36,544 nucleotides of DNA from Verrucomicrobiota bacterium (GCA_049522055.1 JBEKOF010000009.1:1-36544), one strand, 5' to 3'; numbered from the stretch's first letter, positions 17,512 to 26,330 are shown. Numbers and translations are program-made. Notes: generated by a model not told the origin, from the sequence alone.

Positions 17512-18891
17512 TCAGGACTGCGGCTTCGCCCCTTCCTCCGCCGGTTGGAGCACGACCTCCAGCCCCTCGCGCGCGGCGTCCACTTTCAACGATTCCTTGA
17601 GGGTGGCCACGAAGCTGCGGCCCCACTCCACCATGCGCGTGATTTTTTCGTCGTCGTGGGACGGGTCATGATGGAATAGAAACAGCCGCTTCACGTTCCC
17701 CTGCGTGGCCAGCGCCACAGCGTCATCCACGCAGCCGTGGCCCCAGCCGACCCGGGCCTGGTATTCGCCGAGATCGTATTGAGCGTCAAGAATAAGGACA
17801 TCGGCGTCGCGCACGAAGTCCGCCATTCTTTGGTCCATGCGCTGCCCGTAGGCCAGGAATTCGGTCGTGCCCGCGAACTCCGGATGGGCCGTGTGGTATT
17901 TGTATCGCTGATACGGCTCATGGTCCGGCAGGTAGGCGATGGAGCCGCAAGTGCTGTTGATGCGGTAGCCCACACACACGCCCGGATGGTTCAGGAAGAT
18001 GGATTTGACCTCCACCGGCCCGATGTGAAACCTGGCATCCTTGAGCTCCTCCACCGCGATGTGGCTGGGCATCTCCCGCAGTCCGACCGGGAAATACGGG
18101 CTTTCCATCTGGCTGGAGAGCACGGTGAGCAGGCCCGCCTGCGCGCCCTCGTAGCCCAGAATCCGCAGTTTGTTCCTGGGATTGTAGGCCGGGTCAAAAA
18201 ACGGAAATCCCTGGATGTGATCCCAATGCGTGTGGCTGATCAGCAGGGTCATGGACAGGGGAACGTCCGGGTATTCCGCCGCCAGGCTCAAACCCAGGCC
18301 GCGCAAGCCCGTGCCGGCATCAAGGATAATAAGCTGCCCGTCCGCCCGCACCTCCACGCACGCGGTGTTCCCCCCATAATGCATGGTGGTTGGCCCGGGG
18401 GTGGGCAGCGAGCCGCGCACCCCCCAAAACCGCACGATCGCCGGCCCCGGCGGAATGACCCCGCCCCCGGACGGGGCCGCCGCGTCGGCGCTTTTCCGGG
18501 GGCGGGTGGCGACGGTGGTGAAGAAGGCGCCGCCGCCGGGAAAGGCCTCCAGGAGACGGGCGACATCGTGCTGAAAAATAGGTTTGATAATCTGTTCGTC
18601 CGCGCCAGCCTCCACCGCGCCCTGGCGGTCCACTCCGTAGTTCCCGCTGGAGGTCAGCACGATCCGGGGCTGCATCCCCGGCTGCGCGCGCAGGAAGCGG
18701 CAGAGTTGGAACCCGTTGCAGCGCGGGGCCAATTGGTCGCACAGGATCAGGTCCGGTTTCCCAGCCAGGGCCAGCGCCAGCCCCGTTTCGCCATCGGCGG
18801 CTTCGATCACCGCCAGCCCGGCTTGGCGGAACCAGAGGGCAAGCGACTCGCGGACTTGCTGGTCCTCGTCAATGAGCAAGACGGTTTTCAT
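17512..18891 (-). CDS. response-regulator receiver domain fused to an MBL-fold metallo-hydrolase (Lactamase_B_2 / RNase Z-PhnP-like)
   Basis: N-terminal REC domain: LLIDEDQQVRESL..., phospho-acceptor LILCD, VLTSS, IIKP. A linker of about 30 aa follows. The MBL domain has FWGVRGSLPTPG, YGGNTACVEV, ILDAGTG, HTHWDHIQGFPFF, FLNHPGVCVGYR, HGCVDD and FLFHHDP. Confidence 0.7.
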   Translation of the reverse strand: MKTVLLIDEDQQVRESLALWFRQAGLAVIEAADGETGLALALAGKPDLILCDQLAPRCNGFQLCRFLRAQPGMQPRIVLTSSGNYGVDRQGAVEAGADEQIIKPIFQHDVARLLEAFPGGGAFFTTVATRPRKSADAAAPSGGGVIPPGPAIVRFWGVRGSLPTPGPTTMHYGGNTACVEVRADGQLIILDAGTGLRGLGLSLAAEYPDVPLSMTLLISHTHWDHIQGFPFFDPAYNPRNKLRILGYEGAQAGLLTVLSSQMESPYFPVGLREMPSHIAVEELKDARFHIGPVEVKSIFLNHPGVCVGYRINSTCGSIAYLPDHEPYQRYKYHTAHPEFAGTTEFLAYGQRMDQRMADFVRDADVLILDAQYDLGEYQARVGWGHGCVDDAVALATQGNVKRLFLFHHDPSHDDEKITRMVEWGRSFVATLKESLKVDAAREGLEVVLQPAEEGAKPQS

Positions 18892-19031
18892 GCGCGCAGC
18901 GTATTCTGACTCCTGAGTTCGATCCTGATCTTAATGCCACCCCACCCCCTGAGGGCAAGACAGAGATTAGGATCAAGAGTAACTTTGGAATCAGCAAAGC
19001 CGCCAGAGAAACCCGCGCCAGCCCTGCCCGG

Positions 19032-20354
19032 TCACTTGCTGCCGACAGGATCGAGGACCAATTGAAAACCTTCCCGCGCGGCCTCGACCACAAGAGAGGA
19101 ACCGCGAGAGGCGGCCATTTCCCGCGCCCGAGCCACCATGCGCGAAATCTCCTCGTCGTTGTGATCGGGATCGTGATGGAAAAGGAACAGGCGCTTGACC
19201 CCGGCCTTCAGGGCGAAGGCCACCGAATCTTCCGCGCAACTGTGGCCCCAACCCACGCACGTCAGGTATTCGGCGGCGTTATATTGGGCGTCCAGAATGA
19301 GCACTTCGGAGTCGCGGATGAATTCGACCACTTTGCGATCCTGCTCGTCGGCCAACAGATGCTCATCGGTCGGGTGGCTGGAGGTGTCAAAATCCGCGGT
19401 GGGGCGCAGGCGTTGAAAAAGTTCCACGTCCGGCAGATAGCAAATATCTCCGCCCGGGGTTTTGAGGCGGTAGCCGGTGCAGACTCCCGGATGATTGAGG
19501 AATTGCGCCTGGACCGGCACGTCGCCCACTTTGAAATCAAGCCCCTTGACCTCCTGGATGGAGATGTGGCCGGGCATCTGTTGCATGCTGATGGGAAAAT
19601 ACGGGCTTTCCATCTGGCTGGACAAGGTGCTCTGCAACCCCTGGCGCGCGCCCTCGAAGCCAAAAATCCTCACCCGGTTCTTCGGATCGTAGGCTGGCAG
19701 GAAAAAGGGAAACCCCTGGATGTGGTCCCAATGGGTGTGGGTGATCAGAACGCTCAAATGGATGGGCCGGCCCTGGAACTCCGCCGTCAGCGCCTGGCCC
19801 AGCCGGCGGATGCCGCTGCCAGAATCAAGTATGATTATATCCCGCCCCGCGCGCACCTCCACGCACGCGGTGTTGCCCCCGTAATAGACCGTCTCCAGGC
19901 CCGGCGTGGGAATGGAACCGCGCACGCCCCAGAATTTCAGGAGGGCGCCCCGCGGCGCCGACGCTTCGGCCCTGTCGGCGGGGGCGGCTGGGCCGCCGCT
20001 GTGCCGGGATAGAATGGCCGCAAACGTCTCGAAGTCCACCGGCCTGCCCAGATATTCGTCGGCGCCGGCTTCCAGCGCCCGGAAATGGTCGCAAGCGCAG
20101 CCATTGCCGGTGGCGACGAGGAGGCAGGCGTTGGCCGGGTTTTGGCGGCGGCGGAAATCGCGGAAGAATTGGAATCCGTTCCCGCGGGACTTGGGCAGAT
20201 CACAGAGCACCAGCTTTGGGCCATGCTGGACGGAAAGTTCCAACCCCGTGGCGGCATCCCCGGCTTCGAGCACGGACCATTGCCGTTCTTTGAGCCAGGA
20301 AACAACCGTCGCACGAAAGTCGCGATCATCATTTATGATCAAGGCCGTATTCAT
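19032..20354 (-). CDS. response-regulator receiver fused to an MBL-fold metallo-hydrolase, tandem paralogue of 17512..18891
   Basis: ORF 19032..20411 trimmed to MNTALIINDDRDF (ATG 20354). It has the same architecture and many identical blocks (FWGVRGSIPTPG, HTHWDHIQGFPFF, FLNHPGVCTGYR, FLFHHDPDH). The REC domain retains the acidic pair, LVLCD and T, but has R in place of the conserved Lys (EYLGRP). Confidence 0.7.
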   Translation of the reverse strand: MNTALIINDDRDFRATVVSWLKERQWSVLEAGDAATGLELSVQHGPKLVLCDLPKSRGNGFQFFRDFRRRQNPANACLLVATGNGCACDHFRALEAGADEYLGRPVDFETFAAILSRHSGGPAAPADRAEASAPRGALLKFWGVRGSIPTPGLETVYYGGNTACVEVRAGRDIIILDSGSGIRRLGQALTAEFQGRPIHLSVLITHTHWDHIQGFPFFLPAYDPKNRVRIFGFEGARQGLQSTLSSQMESPYFPISMQQMPGHISIQEVKGLDFKVGDVPVQAQFLNHPGVCTGYRLKTPGGDICYLPDVELFQRLRPTADFDTSSHPTDEHLLADEQDRKVVEFIRDSEVLILDAQYNAAEYLTCVGWGHSCAEDSVAFALKAGVKRLFLFHHDPDHNDEEISRMVARAREMAASRGSSLVVEAAREGFQLVLDPVGSK

Positions 20355-20492
20355 GCTGTTCGGACCCAATAATATGACAGTTTTGTGGCTAAATACAAGC
20401 GCACAATTCATCGATTACAATCCTAGCGCCATTTTGTAGGTGCTTTCTCCAAGGATCTCAGGTAACCTCATCTCCATGCAAAGCGAGAACTG

Positions 20493-21059
20493 ATGTCATC
20501 ACCATGTTTTATGGATTATTTCGTTTACATAGTCTGTCTGGTCGCGGGGTTGGTATTCACACTGCTTTCGGTTTTTGTGGGGCACTTGGTGGGCCACCAC
20601 GACATCGGCAGCGGCGGCCATCCGGAAGCCGGCGCGGACAACAGCGACGGCCCCGGCGTCTCGGCCATCAGCCCGACGATCATTTCCGCTTTTGTGGCCG
20701 GCTTTGGGGCGTTTGGGATGATATTCCACGAAATTCCGGCGACACAGCCTGCCTATTTCAGCGCGCCGCTTTCGATGCTTTGCGCATTGGGAGTCGCGGG
20801 AGTTTTGTTGTGGACGCTGCGAAACCTCTTCCGGCACACCCAGAGTTCGAGCGAATCGCGCATCGAAAAACTGGTGGGGGTGAGCGCAACGGTCATTTCG
20901 CCGATTCCGCAGCACGGCGTGGGGGAAATCGCCTACGTGCAGGGCGGATCGCGTTACACGGCCCCGGCGCGGACGGAATCCGGCGGCGCGGTGGGAAGCG
21001 GGGAAACGGTGAAAATCAACCGGATCACCGGTTCGCAGTTTTACGTTGTGCCGATGTGA
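20493..21059 (+). CDS. NfeD-like membrane protein (flotillin-associated, C-terminal OB-fold)
   Basis: 188 aa with N-terminal TM helices, a His/Gly-rich loop and a C-terminal beta-rich ~70 aa (GEIAYVQGGSRYTAPARTESGGAVGSGETVKINRITGSQFYVVP). It sits directly upstream of flotillin. Confidence 0.6.
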   Translation: MSSPCFMDYFVYIVCLVAGLVFTLLSVFVGHLVGHHDIGSGGHPEAGADNSDGPGVSAISPTIISAFVAGFGAFGMIFHEIPATQPAYFSAPLSMLCALGVAGVLLWTLRNLFRHTQSSSESRIEKLVGVSATVISPIPQHGVGEIAYVQGGSRYTAPARTESGGAVGSGETVKINRITGSQFYVVPM

Positions 21060-21097
21060 AGTTTGTTTCTTAACCTCTTAAAATTAAAATACTACTT

Positions 21098-22609
21098 ATG
21101 GACCTACCCACTCTTGGAAATCACGCCGGAGCCATTGTCGCCGGCGTCCTGCTCGCCCTGGTTATATTTGCGATCCTTTGGATCGTCCTCAGCCGCTACA
21201 CCAAGGTTGGCCCCAACCAGGTCCTGGTGATTTCCGGCAGCACGCACAAGGTCGTCGAAGCGGACGGCACGGTGCGAACGCGCGGATTTCGCATCGTCAA
21301 AGGCGGCGGCACTTTTGTGATGCCCATTTTGGAGAAGGTGGACGTCCTTTCGCTCGAATTGCTCACCATTGATGTCCAGACTCCCGAAGTCTATACCAGC
21401 AAAGGCGTCCCGGTGCGGGTGGATGGCGTGGCCCAGATCAAAATCAAGGGGGACGACGTGTCCATCGCCACCGCCGCCGAGCAAGTCCTCAGCAAAACCA
21501 TTGACGAAATCAAAAGCGTGGCCACCCAAACGCTGGAAGGCCATCTGCGCGCCATCCTCGGCACGATGACGGTGGAGGACATTTACCAGAACCGCGACGC
21601 CTTCGCTTCCAAGGTGCAGGAAGTGGCCGCCGGCGACATGGCCAACATGGGATTGGGGATTGTCAGCTTTACCATCCGCGACATTCGCGACGGCCAGGGA
21701 TACCTCGACGCCCTGGGCAAGCCGCGCATCGCCCAGGTCAAACGCGACGCCGTCATCGCCCAGGCCGAAGCCGACCGTGACTCCATGATCCGGTCCGCCC
21801 AGGCCACCCAGGCGGGGCAGGAAGCCAAATTCGTGGCCGACACCAAAATCGCCGAGGCGCAGCGCGATTATCAAAGCAACGTGGCCGTCTATCAGGCCGC
21901 AGTGAACCAAAAGAAAGCCGAGGCGGACCTGGCCTACGACTTGCAGAAATTCAAGACCGGCCAATTGGTCAAGGCGGAGGAAATCCAGGTCAGCATCGTC
22001 GAGAAGCAGAAGCAGATTGAGCTGCAACAACAGGAAATCCAGCGGCGCCAGCGCGAATTGGAAGCCGGCGTGCAAAAACCCGCCGACGCCGAGCGTTACC
22101 GCGTGGAGACCCTGGCCGCCGCCACCAAATTCCAACTGGAAACCGAGGCGGCCGGCGCGGCCTCCGCCGCCAAGGCCAAGGGCTTTGCCTCCGCCGACGT
22201 CGTCAAGGCCACCGGACTGGCCGAAGCGGAAGCCAACAAGGCGCGCGGTTTGGCCGAAGCCAGCGTCATCCAGGCCCAGGGCGCGGCGACCGCCGAAGCC
22301 ATGAAGCTCAAGGCCGATTCCTTCAAACAATACAACGAGGCGGCCGTAATCGAAATGATCGTCCGGGTCCTGCCCGAAGTAGCGGGCAAAGTCAGCGAGC
22401 CTCTGGCCAAGATGGAGCGGATGGTCATCATCAACAGCGGCAACGGCCCCGGTGGCGGCGCCAGCAAATTGACCGGCGACATCACCCAAATCATCAGCCA
22501 ACTGCCCCCCGTGATCGAAAGCCTGACGGGAATTAAATTTGAGAAACTGCTCCAACAAGTTCCCGCCTTGAAAAAAGCCATGGGCACGCCGGAAACCGAA
22601 ACCAAGTAA
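21098..22609 (+). CDS. flotillin-family SPFH-domain protein (YqiK/FloT-like)
   Basis: 503 aa: an N-terminal TM helix, an SPFH domain (VLVISGS...GFRIVKGGGTFVMPILEKVDVLSLE...) and a long Ala/Glu/Gln-rich coiled-coil 'flotillin' region. Confidence 0.85.
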   Translation: MDLPTLGNHAGAIVAGVLLALVIFAILWIVLSRYTKVGPNQVLVISGSTHKVVEADGTVRTRGFRIVKGGGTFVMPILEKVDVLSLELLTIDVQTPEVYTSKGVPVRVDGVAQIKIKGDDVSIATAAEQVLSKTIDEIKSVATQTLEGHLRAILGTMTVEDIYQNRDAFASKVQEVAAGDMANMGLGIVSFTIRDIRDGQGYLDALGKPRIAQVKRDAVIAQAEADRDSMIRSAQATQAGQEAKFVADTKIAEAQRDYQSNVAVYQAAVNQKKAEADLAYDLQKFKTGQLVKAEEIQVSIVEKQKQIELQQQEIQRRQRELEAGVQKPADAERYRVETLAAATKFQLETEAAGAASAAKAKGFASADVVKATGLAEAEANKARGLAEASVIQAQGAATAEAMKLKADSFKQYNEAAVIEMIVRVLPEVAGKVSEPLAKMERMVIINSGNGPGGGASKLTGDITQIISQLPPVIESLTGIKFEKLLQQVPALKKAMGTPETETK

Positions 22610-22626
22610 ACTCGAAAGGACTGACT

Positions 22627-22875
22627 ATGAGTCTTGCGATAATTGGATTGGGGGGTGGAGAAATTCTGTTGCTGTCGCTGTTTTGCATCGTCCCGCTGGT
22701 GCTGCTCTCCTGCGCCTTCTGGATTTGGATGCTCATTTCCGCCATCAAAAACAAGAACTTGGGCGAGAGCGAAAAGATTTGCTGGGTGCTCGTCATAGTT
22801 TTCCTGCATTTCATCGGCGCGCTGCTCTATCTGATCATCGCCCATTCCGGCGCCAGCAAGCCAACGGCGGCCTGA
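22627..22875 (+). CDS. small two-TM protein with PLD-nuclease N-terminal (PLDc_N, PF13396-like) domain
   Basis: 82 aa: FWIWMLISAIKNKNLGESEKICWVLVIVFLHFIGALLYLII matches the PLDc_N pattern. It lies 18 nt after the flotillin stop, in a lower-GC segment. Confidence 0.5.
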   Translation: MSLAIIGLGGGEILLLSLFCIVPLVLLSCAFWIWMLISAIKNKNLGESEKICWVLVIVFLHFIGALLYLIIAHSGASKPTAA

Positions 22876-22902
22876 TCCGCCGGGGAAACAGAGAATCCTT
22901 CC

Positions 22903-23766
22903 ATGCGCCTGTTTGAAGCCATTTTGGATGCCAACCATCGCGCCGTCGCCGGCGACAGCAGAGCGGGCGTCCATGTCGCCGACTTTGCCGATGAATTGCC
23001 GGTCGTCGCGCTGACCTGCATTGACGCGCGCCTGAACCGGTTTTTCCCGGGGGTTCTGGGCCTGCCGGACGAATACTTCATCTGGCTGCGCAACGCCGGC
23101 AACATCATCACCAGCCCGGTGAGCAGCACCATGCGATCGCTGGCGCTGGCCTGCGCGGTCAAGGGCGGCCGCGAAATCGCCATCATCGGGCATACCGACT
23201 GCAAAATCCCCCACACCACCATCAGCCAGTTGATTGACCTCTTCAAGGCGCTGGGAATCGAGCGCCAGAAATTGCCCGAAAACCTCACCGAATACTTCGG
23301 CGTCTTTGCCAGCGAACAGCAAAATGTCCTCCGCAGCGTGGATTTCGTCCGGCGCAGCCCGTTGATCGGCCCGGCCATTCCCGTGCATGGCTTGATGGTG
23401 GCCACCGACACGGGAAATCTGGATTGGATCGTCAACGGCTACGAAGCCCTGGGCAGGCCCGTCGCGCAGCCGCCCCCGGCCCTGCAAATGCCCAGCATCG
23501 GCGCCATGGCGGGAGAATTGATGTCCCGGGCCGGCGCCGAATTGAGCGGCTTGAAGGTGCCCGACGTCAAAATTGGCGAGGCCGCGACCCGCGCGAGCCA
23601 ATGGATGTCAGAAATAAAAATAGCGCCCGCCCCTGCCGCGCCGCCGTCGTCGCCGTCGTCACCGCGGCCGGCGCCCTCCCCGCCCATGCGCCCGCCGCAG
23701 CCGATTCCCATTCCGCCCCGCATCGAACCGCCGCCAAAACCGGGTGGTTCAAGATATAGACCTTAG
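22903..23766 (+). CDS. beta-carbonic-anhydrase-like protein with deviant motifs and a Pro-rich C-terminal tail
   Basis: CIDAR stands in the position of beta-CA CxDSR, and GHTDCK in the position of HxxCGG, so the candidate Cys/His/Cys zinc ligands are retained. The last ~55 aa are low-complexity P/S/A-rich (APAPAAPPSSPSSPRPAPSPPMRPPQPIPIPP...). Confidence 0.5.
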   Translation: MRLFEAILDANHRAVAGDSRAGVHVADFADELPVVALTCIDARLNRFFPGVLGLPDEYFIWLRNAGNIITSPVSSTMRSLALACAVKGGREIAIIGHTDCKIPHTTISQLIDLFKALGIERQKLPENLTEYFGVFASEQQNVLRSVDFVRRSPLIGPAIPVHGLMVATDTGNLDWIVNGYEALGRPVAQPPPALQMPSIGAMAGELMSRAGAELSGLKVPDVKIGEAATRASQWMSEIKIAPAPAAPPSSPSSPRPAPSPPMRPPQPIPIPPRIEPPPKPGGSRYRP

Positions 23767-23770
23767 ACTT

Positions 23771-25210
23771 ATGAATATTATAACTGGACGAAGCAAACAC
23801 CTTTTCTTTTGCGTGATGGGGCTGCTATGTTGGTTTTCGGCCTTCCCGGCGCCGGGCCAGGCACGGTTCCTCATCACCGACCACAATGCGGTAGGCGACG
23901 GCACCACCGTCAACACCAAGGCGATTCAAAGTGCCATTGATCAGTGCGCCGCAAGCGGTGGCGGCGTGCTCGTCGTGCCCAAGGGGGTGTTCCTTACCGG
24001 CGCGCTGTTTTTCAAACAGGGGGTCAATTTGCGAGTGGAACAGGGCGGCGTGCTCAAAGGCACGACAGCTCAGGCGGACTATCCGCCCATTTACACGCGT
24101 TGGGAGGGCATTGAACGCTATTGGACTTCGGCCCTGTTGAACTTTGTCGGCATGACCAATGTTGAAGTCAGCGGTGAAGGCATGATTGATGGTTCGGGTG
24201 CGGAATCCTGGGGAAATCGAGGTGGCGGCGGCGGGGGAACCAATTCGACTCCGCGCGCCACCAACGGGAGCGACGCAACCGCCGGCGCGCTTTCCCCGGC
24301 CCCTTTGCAACCCACGACGGCAACGCTCTGTTTTCCACCCGCGCCCGGCAATCTCCCGGCGGTCAACGCCGCCGGAGTGGCCGTGCCCGGGCGGGGGGGC
24401 CTGGGCCGTCCGCGGACCCTGGTCTTCCAGAGTTGCCGCGGGGTGCGGGTTTCGGGCTTGCATTTCAAAAATGAGGCCTGCTGGTGCGTGGTGTTTATTT
24501 ACACCCAGGACGCCGTCGCGGAAAACCTCACCGTGCGGGCGGAACACACCATTGCCATGTCCGACGGCATGGACATTGATTCCTGCCGCAACGTGCATGT
24601 GACCGGCTGCGACATTGACTGCAACGATGATTGCATTTCCTTGAAGTCGGGAAAGGACGAGGATGGATTGCGGGTCAACCGGCCTTGCGAGGATATCGTG
24701 ATTGAAAAGACCCGCTTCGCCTATGGTCACGGCGGCGCGGCCATGGGCAGCGAAACTTCCGGCGGCATTCGCAACGTGGAGGTCAACGACTGCGTGGCGG
24801 AGGCCGGGAACTTCGCCCCCATCCGCTTCAAGTCGCAGCCCAGCCGCGGCGGGGTGGTGGAGAACATCACCTATCGCAACCTGCAACTCAACAACACGCG
24901 CCAGGCCTTCGAGTTCAACCTGGAATGGCGCATGGTCGCGCCGGTCGCCCCGCCGGCCAAGGTCCTGCCCGTCGTCCGCAACGTCAAGATGATTAATATC
25001 TCAGGCACGGTCAATTCTGCGGGCATCATCCACGGGTTGCGCGACAGCCCCATCCAGGGCCTGACCTTTGAGAATTGCAACCTCACCGCCCAACGCGGCT
25101 TGACGTTGGAAAACGTCACCAACGTGGATTCTTCCGGCCTGCACATCCAAGTGGCCGCCGGCGAACCCTTGATCCAGCGGACCACGGGGGGCGGACAGCA
25201 GCAGCAGTGA
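23771..25210 (+). CDS. secreted glycoside hydrolase family 28-like / pectate-lyase-superfamily beta-helix protein
   Basis: ORF 23744..25210 trimmed to the signal peptide MNIITGRSKHLFFCVMGLLCWFSAFPAPGQA. The N-terminal ITDHNAVGDGTTVNTKAIQSAIDQCAASGGGVLVVPKGVFLTGALFF is typical of GH28 enzymes. Beta-helix repeats (GMDIDSCRNVHVTGCDIDCNDDCISLKSG) are present. There is an unusual Gly/Ala/Pro-rich insert of about 70 aa. Confidence 0.7.
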   Translation: MNIITGRSKHLFFCVMGLLCWFSAFPAPGQARFLITDHNAVGDGTTVNTKAIQSAIDQCAASGGGVLVVPKGVFLTGALFFKQGVNLRVEQGGVLKGTTAQADYPPIYTRWEGIERYWTSALLNFVGMTNVEVSGEGMIDGSGAESWGNRGGGGGGTNSTPRATNGSDATAGALSPAPLQPTTATLCFPPAPGNLPAVNAAGVAVPGRGGLGRPRTLVFQSCRGVRVSGLHFKNEACWCVVFIYTQDAVAENLTVRAEHTIAMSDGMDIDSCRNVHVTGCDIDCNDDCISLKSGKDEDGLRVNRPCEDIVIEKTRFAYGHGGAAMGSETSGGIRNVEVNDCVAEAGNFAPIRFKSQPSRGGVVENITYRNLQLNNTRQAFEFNLEWRMVAPVAPPAKVLPVVRNVKMINISGTVNSAGIIHGLRDSPIQGLTFENCNLTAQRGLTLENVTNVDSSGLHIQVAAGEPLIQRTTGGGQQQQ

Positions 25211-25256
25211 GGGGCGGTGGATCAGGACCCATGGTCCTCCCATCCGGCCTGCTGCC

Positions 25257-26330
25257 CTATTCCAACATGCCCAGGGCCACCAGCACCGCTTCCTGCTTGT
25301 GCGTCAGGACCTCCAGGAGGTCTGACTGCGCTTTGGCCAGATCGGCTTGTCTCTGTTCCCGCGCCGCGGCCGCGTTGTCCGCGGCGGCGTTGACGTCGGC
25401 TATGGGCGCGTGAAAATCCAGGGCATTCTCCAAGGCGCGCTCCGCGGGATCCAGCGACACGGGCAGCTCGCCCGTGAGCGCCCTGCTGCCCAGATCCAAA
25501 CCGATGTCGGGGCGGCCGGCGGGAAGTTGGGTGATGACGCGGATGCCGTTAATGAGAAACAGCGAGTTGAGTTCGACCGCATAGGCGTCGGTTTTCATTT
25601 GCAGCACTCGCAGAAGCCTCGGGGAAATCACTTTCCATTCATCGTCGTCTGTCACAGAAAGCAACATCCGATTGGTCGCCATAATCCTTTGGAGTGCCGG
25701 CCCAAAATCAACCATCAGCCCGCCGGAAGGCCCTGCCATGCCCGTGGCCGTCTGCATTCCTAACATGCCCCGCGCCACCAGCGCCATTTCCTGCTTGTGC
25801 GTCAGAACCGCGCGCAGGTCCGACTGCGCCTTGTCCATGTCCGCCTGTCTCTTCTTGCGCGCCGCCCGTACCCTGGCCAGGGTTGCGTTGACGTCGGCCA
25901 TCTTCGTCTGATCCGACATGGCCCTTTGAATCAAAGCGTCCACCTCGGGTTCCAGCGCCACGGGCACAAGGCCGGTCAGCGCCTGGGTTTCGATGGGGGT
26001 GACGCGGGCGGCGCGGCCGCCGCGGCCGCCACGGCCCACCACGCCGCCGCCGCGGGGGAAGGCGCTGCCAAAGAGCAACCGCACGGCGATAGTGTGGGCC
26101 TGCATTTTCAATTGCACTACTTGCAGAAGTCTTGGCGAAATCACACCCCATTCATCGTCGTTGGTCACGGAAAGGGATTTCCGCTCGGCCTCCAGTATCT
26201 TTTGATAGACCGGGATGAGAGGATCCGGCGGCGGAGCGCCGGCGCCACCTTGCGCCATCACGCGGGCGGTTCCCAGGCTCATCGCCAACAGGCAACCGGC
26301 CAGGCTCAATCCTATCTTCAATGTTTTCAT
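25257..26330 (-). CDS. secreted periplasmic protein with two LTXXQ (Spy/CpxP-like) repeat modules
   Basis: Signal peptide MKTLKIGLSLAGCLLAMSLGTARVMA. Two homologous halves of about 160 aa each contain LSVT[ND]DDEW[GK]VISPRLL...ALTG.[VL]PV[AS]L[ED]P...KAQSDL..VLTHKQE. LTHKQ matches the LTXXQ motif of the Spy/CpxP family. There is a 4-nt ATGA overlap with the upstream gene. Confidence 0.55.
   Translation of the reverse strand: MKTLKIGLSLAGCLLAMSLGTARVMAQGGAGAPPPDPLIPVYQKILEAERKSLSVTNDDEWGVISPRLLQVVQLKMQAHTIAVRLLFGSAFPRGGGVVGRGGRGGRAARVTPIETQALTGLVPVALEPEVDALIQRAMSDQTKMADVNATLARVRAARKKRQADMDKAQSDLRAVLTHKQEMALVARGMLGMQTATGMAGPSGGLMVDFGPALQRIMATNRMLLSVTDDDEWKVISPRLLRVLQMKTDAYAVELNSLFLINGIRVITQLPAGRPDIGLDLGSRALTGELPVSLDPAERALENALDFHAPIADVNAAADNAAAAREQRQADLAKAQSDLLEVLTHKQEAVLVALGMLE
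25262..26215. repeat. two tandem direct repeat units of about 500 bp (intragenic duplication inside 25257..26330)
   Basis: Unit 1 begins near 25262 (ccaacatgcccagggccaccagcaccgcttcctgcttgtgcgtcag...). Unit 2 begins near 25762 (ctaacatgccccgcgccaccagcgccatttcctgcttgtgcgtcag...). The units share extended but imperfect nucleotide similarity. Six-frame ORFs 25075..25413 and 25672..25911 translate to near-identical peptides, as do both halves of the real protein. Confidence 0.6.

Noticed and set aside
16670-17626. Full 318-aa ORF as the nucleotidyltransferase gene
   Set aside because: The first 57 codons are Gly/Arg/Ala-rich low complexity with no homology signal. The canonical NTP_transferase N-terminus MKAVILAAGKG begins at ATG 17455, so I trimmed the gene.
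21104-22558. 484-aa - strand ORF antisense to flotillin
   Set aside because: It mirrors the Ala/Glu-rich coiled-coil coding region as Gly/Leu/Asp-rich repeats. No start context. Flotillin on + is certain.
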